A stretch of DNA of 14,550 bases from Candidatus Methylomirabilota bacterium (GTDB lineage Bacteria; Methylomirabilota; Methylomirabilia; Rokubacteriales; CSP1-6): NCBI GenBank assembly GCA_046726415.1, contig JBKPAK010000225.1, forward strand, positions 1 through 14,550. The letters are read 5' to 3'. Position 1 is the stretch's first letter, and every line of letters starts with the position of its first letter. The notes under the pieces were generated by a model, which was given only the letters and a program-made list of their open reading frames with translations, was not told the origin of the DNA and did not search any database. The position numbers and the translations under genes are program-made. Positions 1-8,300 of this stretch are shown here, piece by piece.

Positions 1-176
1 TCCCTGGGCTGCGTACGACCCCACCGCGCGGTGGAGCCTTCGAGGACGTTGTGTCGGTCCTGCTGCGACGGGGCTGGTTGCCCGGCCCCGCCTGGACCCA
101 GACTACTCGGGCGCATCGGGGCCTTCCCGAGGCGGGCTCCTCTCATCCCGCTAGACCAGACGCTTCGGCCTCGCAC
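1..176 (-). mobile_element. Structured non-coding end of an element interrupting the RT (IS110-type non-coding end or 5' end of a second group II intron); runs off the window
   Basis: Starts GTGCG exactly at the RT breakpoint. Contains minus-strand hairpins CGGGGCCGG-GCAA-CCAGCCCCG (68-89) and CTCCACCG-CG-CGGTGGGG (19-36). No credible ORF. Confidence 0.35.
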
Positions 177-456
177 GGTCGTCGGCATACCGCGCGGACT
201 CTACGTGCGTGGTCATGCCCTCGCGGGTGACCGCCTTCGACCGCTCCAGCATGGCATCCACCTCGGTGAGATAGATGTTGCTGAGGAGGGGAGAAATCAC
301 CCCGCCCTGAGGAACCCCGCGCTTCCCGGATGCCTTCAGCATCAGCGTGAGCAAGTGCAGAATCTCGGCATCCTGAACGCGGCGCGCCACCTTCCCCACC
401 AGCAGATCGTGCCGGACGGTATCGAAGTAGGCGCTGCCTCGGCCGGCCCAGCACAA
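151..456 (-). pseudogene. Group II intron reverse transcriptase/maturase, internal fragment (homology about 177-436)
   Basis: Translation contains AYFDTVRH, GVPQGGVISPLLSNIYL and RYADD, the motifs of group II intron RTs. The N-terminal RT domains and the thumb/X domain are absent, and homology stops one base after the YADD codons (178-189). Confidence 0.88.
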
Positions 457-722
457 CCCTTACTACCAACCCGTCCTTCCCACCCCTACTCTCTCCTGGT
501 GAGCCAACCTGATGGCAGCTCTGCCCAGCTTGGCGATACGTCGCCGCCTTTCCCACGGTCTCGCGTAGGCGTGCAGTAAGGCCTAGCTTGATCGGTTGGC
601 GGCGCCCGTTCGGCATCCCGGACAGTCGCGATGTCGCCCGGATGGCATTCTGGCGAAGGACAGGGCCCGAGTTGAAATCCGGACGAAACCGGCTCCATTG
701 TGGGGCGGAAAGAGGTGCTGGA

Positions 723-1868
723 GTGCGCGCACGGACCTCACGCAAGCCCGTGGTCGCCGGAGTCTCGGTGTCGCTGAGTGGACCACTGCACCGCCAGGGG
801 CGAGACGCGTACGACGGGCTCCGCCTCTGGGTAGATCACGTCGCGTGCGCCGGAGGCCTGACACTCGGTCGGGATCGATCGATCCGCCCACTCCGCCTCA
901 TCACCCTCGATGACGAAAGCAGCTCGACGCGCGCGCGGGAGAACGTGGCGCGGTTGCTGACCGAGGAGCGCGTCGATCTGCTCCTCGGACCGTATGGGAG
1001 TGGATCGACCCTGGCCGTCGCGCCTCTCGCCGCTGCGCACGGGAAGATCCTCTGGAATCACGGCGGCGCGTCCGACGCGATCACCAAGGCCGGCTCCGCG
1101 GATGTCGTCAGCGTGCTGAGCCCGGCCAGCCACTATCTTCGAGACCTGCCGAGACTCGTCCGGCACCGCACGGGTGCGCGCCGGGCCACGGTCCTCTACG
1201 CCAAGCGCGGCACCTTCGCGACGAGCGTCGGGCGCGGCGTAGAAGCTGGAGCCCGAGCTGCCGGGTTCGATGTCGTGCGGGCGATCGCGTTCGACACGCC
1301 GCTTCGGGACACGAAGACGCTCCTGGGCGCCTCGCTCGCCGACAGTCCCAACCTCCTCGTGGTCGCAGGGCGATTCGAGGACGACGTCGCCATCACCCGG
1401 GAGCGCGGGCTGCTCGAAGCGGTCGAGGCCGTCGCATGTGTCGCGGCCGGAACGGACGCCTTCCACCAAGAGCTCGGCATGCTTGCTGAGGGCGTGATGG
1501 GACCGAGCCAATGGGAGTCCCAGGTCTACGAGCGACCTTCGATTGGGCCGACCTCGGCCTGGTTTTGCTCCGCATTCCGGCGGGTGTTCCAGCGCGACCC
1601 TAGCTATGTCGCCGCCCAGGCGTACGCGCTGGGCATTATCATCGGCGAGTGCATCCGGCGCGCGGACAGTCTCGAGGACCGGGAACTGTTGGCAGCTGTT
1701 CGTCGGCTCGACACGACGACGCTCTACGGTCGATTCCGACTCGACCCAGGCTCTTCACGCCAGGTGGGACACGAAATCCTCCTCGTCGAGTGGCGAGCCG
1801 GCCGGATGCGTCCGCTCGCACCGACCGGCGTCACGTCAAAGCGCGGTCGGCCGGCCGAGGAACACTGA
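723..1868 (+). CDS. Branched-chain amino acid-type (LivK/Peripla_BP_6) ABC substrate-binding protein homolog, no evident signal peptide
   Basis: Motifs GVSVSLSG, LITLDDES, VDLLLGPYGS, GVMGPSQW, YVAAQAYA and TTLYGRFRLD fit type I periplasmic binding proteins. GTG at 723 follows purine-rich GGAAAGAGG. The track ORF starts at 588, but that extension does not look protein-like. Confidence 0.85.
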   Translation: MRARTSRKPVVAGVSVSLSGPLHRQGRDAYDGLRLWVDHVACAGGLTLGRDRSIRPLRLITLDDESSSTRARENVARLLTEERVDLLLGPYGSGSTLAVAPLAAAHGKILWNHGGASDAITKAGSADVVSVLSPASHYLRDLPRLVRHRTGARRATVLYAKRGTFATSVGRGVEAGARAAGFDVVRAIAFDTPLRDTKTLLGASLADSPNLLVVAGRFEDDVAITRERGLLEAVEAVACVAAGTDAFHQELGMLAEGVMGPSQWESQVYERPSIGPTSAWFCSAFRRVFQRDPSYVAAQAYALGIIIGECIRRADSLEDRELLAAVRRLDTTTLYGRFRLDPGSSRQVGHEILLVEWRAGRMRPLAPTGVTSKRGRPAEEH

Positions 1869-1890
1869 GCGCGATGAACGGAGTCGTCGC

Positions 1891-1925
1891 TGCCTCCCCC
1901 CCAGCGGCGAGCCGAGGGGGGGGCA
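1891..1925. terminator. GC-rich hairpin between convergent genes (possible terminator or REP-like element)
   Basis: TGCC-T-CCCCCCC...CGG-CGAG-CCG...GGGGGGGGCA inverted repeat between stops at 1868 (+) and 1943 (-). No U-tract. Confidence 0.35.
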
Positions 1926-1942
1926 GGACGAACAGAGAGGTT

Positions 1943-3043
1943 CTACAGATTCGCCTGGAAGTCGACGTAGTCGCGAACCTTGCGGTAAACCTGCAAACGA
2001 TTCCGCTGGCTGTCGGCTACGACGATGCGGTCAGTTTCAGGATCGAAGTCCACCGCCGTCGGGAAGCAGAAGCGATATTCGGGCTCCAGGCTTCGTACCC
2101 GACGTCGAGCCTTCATCATGTCGGGGTTGGCGTCGATGCTCATCTGGCCCCACTTGGACATGACCTGGGCATCGCCGATGAGATTGGCGACAGGGCCGCC
2201 CTCAGCGTCGAAGATGCAGACTCGATGGTTGCCCCAATCAGCGACGTAGATGTCACCGTCGGTATCCACCGCGACGTCGGTGGGATGATTGAGCAGGCCC
2301 GCCTTGGGATAGCCCGGCGTGCCCGAGGCCGACATGTACGGTCCCATGTAGCTGACGGCGTAGGCCCCCGCCGGCGCGGGAATCGTCCCGTACTGGCCGA
2401 TCTTCATCAAGACTTTGCCCTGGGGGGAGAGCTTCTGGACACGGTGGTTCTTCCAGTCCGCGACGTAGATATTGCCCGCCTGATCGAGGGTAATCCCCCA
2501 GGGCTGGTTGAACTCTCCGTCTCCGCTCCCGCCTCTGCCGCACTTCGCCACGAATTTCCCGTCGCCGCTGAAGACCTGCAGGCGATTGTTCCCGCTGTCG
2601 ACGACGATGACGTTACCGTTTTTCTCGCACACCAGACCAGCCGGGCGCAGGAGCTCGCCATCGCCACTGCCCGTCTTCCCCCATTTCCGGAGAAACTTGC
2701 CGGCGCTGTCGAACACCGAGATGGTGTTGTTCCAGTCATCCGAGACGTACACATGGTCCCGGCCGTCGGTCGCGACGCCGAACGGCCAGGTCGAACGGCC
2801 GTCCCCTTCGCCCCACGGGAAGAACTCAGCGAGCAGTTCCTCTTCGCCGGGACCGCCGATCTTTACTTCGTTGACACGCATCCCGAAGTTGTTCTCGTTG
2901 CCCCGGTTGGCGACGTAGGCGACGCCACCGTTCGCGAGGCACATCGTCTGGGGATAGTTGAATCCCGTGCCCGACGCCGCGCCGCGCCCGACGGCGTGGC
3001 TCCACTCGTAGACCCTTCCGCGCGCTACCGTTGTCAGCGGCAT
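1943..3043 (-). CDS. NHL-repeat beta-propeller protein (366 aa)
   Basis: Repeated units such as PFGVATDGRDHVYVSD, PAGLVCEKNGNVIVVDSGNNRLQVF, PWGITLDQAGNIYVADWKNHRVQKL and PTDVAVDTDGDIYVADWGNHRV. RBS GGGAGGGGAG precedes the ATG. Confidence 0.92.
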   Translation of the reverse strand: MPLTTVARGRVYEWSHAVGRGAASGTGFNYPQTMCLANGGVAYVANRGNENNFGMRVNEVKIGGPGEEELLAEFFPWGEGDGRSTWPFGVATDGRDHVYVSDDWNNTISVFDSAGKFLRKWGKTGSGDGELLRPAGLVCEKNGNVIVVDSGNNRLQVFSGDGKFVAKCGRGGSGDGEFNQPWGITLDQAGNIYVADWKNHRVQKLSPQGKVLMKIGQYGTIPAPAGAYAVSYMGPYMSASGTPGYPKAGLLNHPTDVAVDTDGDIYVADWGNHRVCIFDAEGGPVANLIGDAQVMSKWGQMSIDANPDMMKARRRVRSLEPEYRFCFPTAVDFDPETDRIVVADSQRNRLQVYRKVRDYVDFQANL

Positions 3044-3119
3044 TGCTCCCCTCCCATCTCACGCCCTCCTTTCCGTGGCGGAGACCACGGGAAGAGGGCC
3101 GAAACGGCAAACCCTCCCA

Positions 3120-4250
3120 CTAGTTCAGGAAGGCCGGTTGGTCAAAGCGGCCACCGGTGATCGGTTTGGGATCCAACTTCAGCCATTTCTCCAGGATTGT
3201 CGAGTAGATGCTGCGGAAGTCCGTGCTCGGGTTCAGGTCGCCCTGAACCAGCTTCTCAGCCTTGAGGGAGGGATATTCGCCGTAGTGACCACCTTTGACG
3301 TTCTCGCCGAGCAGGAAGACTGGCCCCGCTGCACCGTGGTCCGTCCCCGAGCCGTTGTCGTGCACGCGGCGGCCGAACTCCGAGAACAGCAGGATAAGGA
3401 CGTTATCGGCGTGATCGTGCTCGCGAAGGTCCGCCATGAAGGCCTCGAGCCCCCCGCACACGTCGCTCCACAGGTTGCCGTGGCCCGGGTTCTGACCGGC
3501 GTGGGTGTCGAAGCTGCCATGATCACAGTAGAAAATCCGGCTACCCAGATCGGCGAAGTGCACCTGGGCGATCCCGCGGAGCTTGCGGGCGATCGGGGTA
3601 TCGGGATATTTGACGGTGGACGCGTACTTCTGGGGCGCCACCTTCAGGATGTCCGCGCCCTTCAGGGAATCCAGGCCGGTGGTGCCGAGGTATTCCATCA
3701 CACCGCTCCCCGCGACGGGGGCGTACATCTTCGCGAAGCGATCGAGCACTTGCAGACGCTGCGCCCGTTCCTGGATGTTCGGCAGGAATCCATACTTCTC
3801 CAGGGGACCGGCCACGCACGCTACCGGAACTCCCGGCGCCACCAGAGCCCGAAAGAGGCTTGGTCCGAAGCTCACGACCGTGACCACGTTCTCTTTCCTG
3901 GGGTCGTATTCGCGCGCCACCTGACCCAACCAGCCCTGCGTCCCCACCTTCTCGGGCTCGCAGGTATGCCAGATGTCCATCGATCGGAAGTGGGAGCGCG
4001 GCGAGTTGGCATAGCCGACGCCGTGGACGATGGCGAGCTTGCCTTCATCCCAGACCTTCTTCAGCGGGGCCATCGACGGATGGAAGCCATAGGTCTTGTC
4101 GAAGTGCAGGATCTTGTCGTCGGGGATCCTCACCGCTGGCCGATTGTCGCGGTACAGCGGGTCATTGAACGGAATCACCGTGTTCAGATAGTCGTTCCCG
4201 CCCGAGAGCTGCAGCGTGACCAGCACAGGGTTCTTTTGCGTTGCGGCCAT
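3120..4250 (-). CDS. DUF1501 family protein (376 aa), no Tat leader
   Basis: Motifs QLSGGNDYLN, RSHF, SFDTH, FSEFGRR and GTDHG. Lies directly downstream of DUF1800, as is typical. RBS GAGGAGG. Confidence 0.9.
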   Translation of the reverse strand: MAATQKNPVLVTLQLSGGNDYLNTVIPFNDPLYRDNRPAVRIPDDKILHFDKTYGFHPSMAPLKKVWDEGKLAIVHGVGYANSPRSHFRSMDIWHTCEPEKVGTQGWLGQVAREYDPRKENVVTVVSFGPSLFRALVAPGVPVACVAGPLEKYGFLPNIQERAQRLQVLDRFAKMYAPVAGSGVMEYLGTTGLDSLKGADILKVAPQKYASTVKYPDTPIARKLRGIAQVHFADLGSRIFYCDHGSFDTHAGQNPGHGNLWSDVCGGLEAFMADLREHDHADNVLILLFSEFGRRVHDNGSGTDHGAAGPVFLLGENVKGGHYGEYPSLKAEKLVQGDLNPSTDFRSIYSTILEKWLKLDPKPITGGRFDQPAFLN

Positions 4251-4284
4251 GCGTATTCCTCCTCACCCGATGAGGCTCATGACG

Positions 4285-5691
4285 TTAGGCAAACTGATAC
4301 TCTCGCGTCGCGACGATCAGTTGCAGCATCTCGCCAACACGCTTGTCGGCCGTCTTGGCGCTCGTCTCACTCGCCCAGGCTGTCTGGCCCCACTCCTTGG
4401 CCTGCGCGACGAGCTCCTGCCGCGTTTCGAAGGCCACCTCAACGGGGCCCAGCAGGTCTAGACACCCGTCGACCAGTTGCTCTGGGCTGAGCGTGCCCTT
4501 GGCCTTCAGGCGATCGATGATGGCGCGCACGCCTGGCAGCGACGGATCACCTACCAGTCCGGCAACGAAGTTGATGCGGGCCATCAGGGAGCCACTGTTG
4601 ATCCACTCCGGACCCGTATGCCATCCCTCCACGCTCGGCGGATTCAGGAGGTCCTGACCCATATAGGCGGGCTGCATCGACAGGTCGCCGTACCCGGGTC
4701 GCGGCAGCTCCTGCCCACCCACCAGACGCAAACTGCCCACCACCACCTCAGCGGGGGATTTCAGGTGTTTGAAGCGGGCCTCCTTGAAGAAGCTCGAGTT
4801 GAACAGCACCCGAAGGACGGACCGGATGTCGAAGCGAGACTGACGGAACGCTGCCGTCAGCGAGTCGATCGCCTTCTGGTCTTTCGGCGGCTCGATCGAC
4901 CAGGCGGGCACCTGGGGCTCGTCGGCAACGAAGAAGTTGTAGAGGTGCCGACACACGAAGCGCGCGCAGGCCGGCTGCTCCACCACGATGTCGATGATGT
5001 CTTCGCCGTTGAAACGGCCGCGATGGCCGAGAAACTCTTTTTCGCCGTCGTCATGATCTTCGGGGCGGTACTCGAACTTCCACGGGAACCGCCCATAGGG
5101 CAGGCGCGGGATCTTGGTCTCGAAGGTCCAGCCCGTGAAGGCCCGGGATGCTTCACGTACATCCTTTTCCGTGTAGGCGCCGACGCCCAAGCTGAACAGC
5201 TCGAGCAACTCGCGACCCCAGTTCTCGTTGACGGCGGTCCCGTGGTTCTCGTTGTTGTCGAGCCAGAAAATCATCGTGGGGTTTCTGGCGATCGTGACGA
5301 GTAGGTCGCGGTAGTTGCCCATGCCATGCTGACGGAACAGGCCGATCTGCTCCAGCAGCTGATCGTAGTTATCCACCTTCGAGTTGCCGGTGGCGAACAC
5401 GTGGTGCCAGAAGAGGGCCATTTTCTCTTCCAGCGGGCGCTTCGTGTTCACCAGGTGATACATGATATTCACGTTCCCCATCGGAGGCTGCCCGCCAGGC
5501 AGCAATGACGCCGGCTGGTAGCGGAGCAGGGTGTAGACATCGACCGCCGGCTGTGTCTCGGGGTGAAGCAACTCCTCGACCGTCGCCTCGTACCCCTTGG
5601 CCACGCGCGCTTCCAGTTCGTCGCGGCCTGCGCCGAAGCCCCCACGGCGCATCAGGTGAGCCATCAACGCGATGTCTTCTTGGTATGCCAT
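4285..5691 (-). CDS. DUF1800 family protein (468 aa)
   Basis: Motifs AHLMRRGGFG, LEEKMALFWHHVFAT, NENWGRELLELFSLG, DVREASRAFTGW, HDDGEK and PPSVEGW. RBS AAAGGAG. Confidence 0.9.
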   Translation of the reverse strand: MAYQEDIALMAHLMRRGGFGAGRDELEARVAKGYEATVEELLHPETQPAVDVYTLLRYQPASLLPGGQPPMGNVNIMYHLVNTKRPLEEKMALFWHHVFATGNSKVDNYDQLLEQIGLFRQHGMGNYRDLLVTIARNPTMIFWLDNNENHGTAVNENWGRELLELFSLGVGAYTEKDVREASRAFTGWTFETKIPRLPYGRFPWKFEYRPEDHDDGEKEFLGHRGRFNGEDIIDIVVEQPACARFVCRHLYNFFVADEPQVPAWSIEPPKDQKAIDSLTAAFRQSRFDIRSVLRVLFNSSFFKEARFKHLKSPAEVVVGSLRLVGGQELPRPGYGDLSMQPAYMGQDLLNPPSVEGWHTGPEWINSGSLMARINFVAGLVGDPSLPGVRAIIDRLKAKGTLSPEQLVDGCLDLLGPVEVAFETRQELVAQAKEWGQTAWASETSAKTADKRVGEMLQLIVATREYQFA

Positions 5692-5755
5692 ACGCCGACT
5701 CCTTTAGTTGTGAGTCACTCTCGAGTCACTACCTCCGCCGTGCACTGGGTTCTCG

Positions 5756-6193
5756 TTAGAGCTTTCGTGCCGCCGGGCGCGGAGGCCTGGAGGCTGGACG
5801 TCGCGCGGCACAGACCTGACACACCCCATGGACCGTCACGCTGACCGTCGTCACCACGTAGCCGTCTTTCGCGAGCGGAGTCAGGTCCATCCGTCGAGCC
5901 CGCCGCAAGAACAGGTCGCTCACTCGACCGCATCTCCCGCAGACGAAATGATCATGCTCACTGGTCTCGGGGTCGTATCGCGCTACCTGTTCACCCAGGA
6001 GGAGGGTGCGGATCTTGCCCTCCTCGACGAGACTGTGAAGGTTGCGATACACCGTGGCGAGGCTGATTCGAGGCAGCTTTTTGTGCACGCGCCGGTAGAT
6101 CTCATGGGCGAACGGATGGGTATCGTCGCCCGGGAGAGCTTTGAACACCTCTTCCAGCTGACGCGTCTTACGTTTGCGGGCGGCTGGCCGCAT
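5756..6193 (-). CDS. Fur family transcriptional regulator, PerR-like (145 aa)
   Basis: Motifs HPFAHEIY, ISLATVYRNL, RYD, HDHFVCGRCG, SD and GVCQVC (two CxxC structural Zn motifs). ATG at 6193 follows GAGGGAGG. Confidence 0.9.
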   Translation of the reverse strand: MRPAARKRKTRQLEEVFKALPGDDTHPFAHEIYRRVHKKLPRISLATVYRNLHSLVEEGKIRTLLLGEQVARYDPETSEHDHFVCGRCGRVSDLFLRRARRMDLTPLAKDGYVVTTVSVTVHGVCQVCAARRPASRPPRPAARKL

Positions 6194-6240
6194 GCCTCCC
6201 TCGAACCTTGGCCGTCGGACGGCTCGACGTCCGTTACTGC

Positions 6241-6269
6241 CGGCTATCAAATCATCGGCCGCCTGTCAA
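6241..6269 (-). promoter_or_regulatory. Candidate sigma70 promoter for the regulator-DUF1800-DUF1501-NHL operon
   Basis: Perfect TTGACA (6269-6264), 17-bp spacer, then TAGCCG preceded by TGn. The -10 is a weak match. Confidence 0.4.
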
Positions 6270-6293
6270 GTGGTCTCCCGGCTCAGTGTTAAA

Positions 6294-6308
6294 GACACAT
6301 GATGTGTC
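6294..6308. promoter_or_regulatory. Perfect 7-1-7 inverted repeat, candidate operator
   Basis: GACACAT-G-ATGTGTC in the intergenic region between two divergent TTGACA hexamers (6264-6269 minus, 6317-6322 plus). Confidence 0.45.
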
Positions 6309-6388
6309 CGCTCGGATTGACAACTGAAATGTCCGCTCAACCCGCCTCGGGCTGGGATGCACTGGGGACTCGGGAGGGTCGCCGAAGG

Positions 6389-7671
6389 TGTCCCGGTCAA
6401 AAACTCAACGTTCAAAAGCCTGATGTAGAATCTCGGCCAGCTCTTCATCCCTCACCGTTGGGAGCTGCAATGATCCTCGTCCTGGGCGTCTGGACCTTCC
6501 TCCGCGCCCTTCTCGGCCGCTCCACCGCCGTTACGCTCGAGAACGTTGCTCTGCGCCATCAATTGATCGTCCTGCAGCGGTCGATCCCGCGCCCTCGGCT
6601 CCGCCGCCAGGACCGCATCCTCTGGATTTGCCTCTCACGGCTCGGGGCGAACTGGCGGTCCAGCCTTCTCATTGTCCAGCCCGCCACTGTTGTCGCTGGC
6701 ACCGCCAGGGCTTTCGACTCTACTGGCGTTGGAAGTCCCGACTCCGCTCACCGGGCCGTCCGCCGATCGACCTCGAGATCCGCAGCTTGATTCGACGCAT
6801 GGGCCCGAGAAAACCCCACCTGGGGCCAAGCGCCGGATTCAGGCCGAACTCCGCTTCCTCGGCTATGAAGTCGCCGCCCTCACCGTCGCCAAGTACATGC
6901 GCCGTGCCTCCCGTCACCCGTCGCCTCCCTGGCGGGCCTTCCTGGCTGCTCACCGCCACGACATCGCGGCCATCGACTTCTTCGTCGTACCGACCCTGAC
7001 CTTTCGCCTGTTCTTCGGCTGTGTGATACTCCGCCACCACCGCCGAGAACTCCTCCACATCGGCGTCACCGACCAGCCCACCGCCGCCGGGGCGGCTCAA
7101 CAGATCGTCCACGCCTTCCCGGACGAGACTGGCCCCGCCTACCTGCTCCGCGATCGCGACGCCATGTACGGCGCTGACTTCCAGCGCCGGGTCGAGCGCA
7201 TGGGCATTCGCCAGGTCGTCACCGCACTTCGCGCTCCCTGGCAGAATCCCTTCGCCGAGCGCGTCATCGGCTCGATTCGCCACGAATGCCTCGATCTCGT
7301 TATCGTGCTCAACGAACGCCACCTCCGACGCGTGCTGCGCACGTACCTCGCCTACTACAACGTTACGCGGCCCCACCAGAGTCTCGGTAACGATAGCCCG
7401 CGCCGGCGCACAGTACAGTCCGTCTCATCCGGGCATATCGTCACCGTCTCCGAGGTCGGCGGGCTTCATCACCGCTACCAGCGCGCGGCCTGACCGCCCG
7501 CGATCTCCGCCTGCCAACCCACCCCGCAATCATCTGCTTCGACAGGTCTGTGATGCCGATACCGTCATCGGCGCCGCAGCCCGTGTTGGCACTCGAGTCA
7601 GTTCCAGCGCGAACGTTCTCGGAGCCGACGCGAACGCTTTGCCAGCTCGTATTACCTTTTTGACCGGGACA
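6389..7671 (+). mobile_element. IS481-like (rve/DDE integrase-core) insertion sequence, 1283 bp
   Basis: Perfect 15-bp terminal inverted repeats TGTCCCGGTCAAAAA (6389-6403) and TTTTTGACCGGGACA (7657-7671) enclose an integrase-core transposase. No target duplication is visible. Confidence 0.88.
6470..7493 (+). pseudogene. Integrase-core transposase with three frameshifts
   Basis: Joined frames read LENVALRHQL..QPATVVA / WHRQGFRLYWRWKS..IRRM / ARENPTWG / RRIQAEL..AIDFF..LLRDRD..PWQNPFAERVIGSIRHECLD..YYNVTRPHQSL..GGLHHRY. Shifts are -1 near 6696, +1 near 6802 and +1 near 6829. Confidence 0.88.
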
Positions 7672-8194
7672 GGGGGCGGTGGCCGACGAGCAGCTCGAAA
7701 TCGTGAGCCGGCTCTGGGGAGAGGACAGGCCGAGCTTCGAGGGCCGGTATTATCGCTTCCACAAGGTCGGATTCTCGCCGAAGCCGATGCAGAGGCCACG
7801 CATCCCCATCTGGGTCGGCGGCGAGGGGTCGCGCGCTCAGCGGCGCGCCGCGCGCTACGGCGACGCCTGGTTTCCCTACTTCGTGAGGATCGCCCCGCGC
7901 GAGCTGGCCGCCCGGTTCGACAACGTCCGGCGCTGGGCCCGGGAGGCCGGGCGCGATCCCGAGCCGATCCGGCTCGCGTGCTGTCTGCCGATCGAGTTGA
8001 CGCCAGTGCCAGTGCCGCAGGAGGAAGATCATCTGAGGGGCAGCCCGGAGCAGCTCGCGGTCGCCCTTCGGGCCTACGGGAAGATCGGCGTCGAGCACAT
8101 CGCGCTGCAGTTCATGGTGCCGCGCTGGCCCGAGCGCCGCGAGCAGATCGAGCGCTTCGCCCAGGAGGTCATGCCCGGATTCAGCACCCGCTGA
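7672..8194 (+). pseudogene. LLM-class (luciferase-like, probably F420-dependent) oxidoreductase, C-terminal half only
   Basis: GAVADEQLEIVSRLW, FEGRYYRF, PKPMQRPRIPIWVGG, RRAARYGDAW and IERFAQEVMP. Coding sequence begins directly at the IS right end. Confidence 0.85.
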
Positions 8195-8221
8195 AGCCTC
8201 GGAGGTGCGTCGTGGCGACTC

Positions 8222-8300
8222 GGGCATCCTGATTCCCGGGGCGAACAAGGCTACGGCGGACCGAGTGGACGCGACCGGACGCAACCGCCGCGCAACCACG
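8222..8300 (+). pseudogene. Possible C-terminal scar of a tyrosine site-specific integrase
   Basis: With one frameshift it reads GH-LIPGANKATADRVDATGRN, resembling the post-catalytic tail (Y)GHLIPGANxxAVDRLD of island integrases. It overlaps CGCAACC repeats at 8280-8286 and 8291-8297. Confidence 0.4.

Noticed and set aside
151-456. RT as part of a retron, DGR, CRISPR-RT or defence system
   Set aside because: Motifs match group II intron RTs, the gene is a fragment cut at both ends, and no template/variable repeat pair, array or accessory gene is visible.
588-722. N-terminal extension with RR pairs as a Tat signal for the binding protein
   Set aside because: No SRRxFLK-like consensus and no hydrophobic region after the arginines.
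1649-5304. Long plus-strand ORFs (1649-3160, 3075-4490, 4477-5304)
   Set aside because: Antisense shadows of the NHL, DUF1501 and DUF1800 genes, expected at high GC; no motifs.
6690-6835. Programmed ribosomal frameshift in the transposase
   Set aside because: Three separate shifts in both directions are needed, which fits decay or sequencing error.
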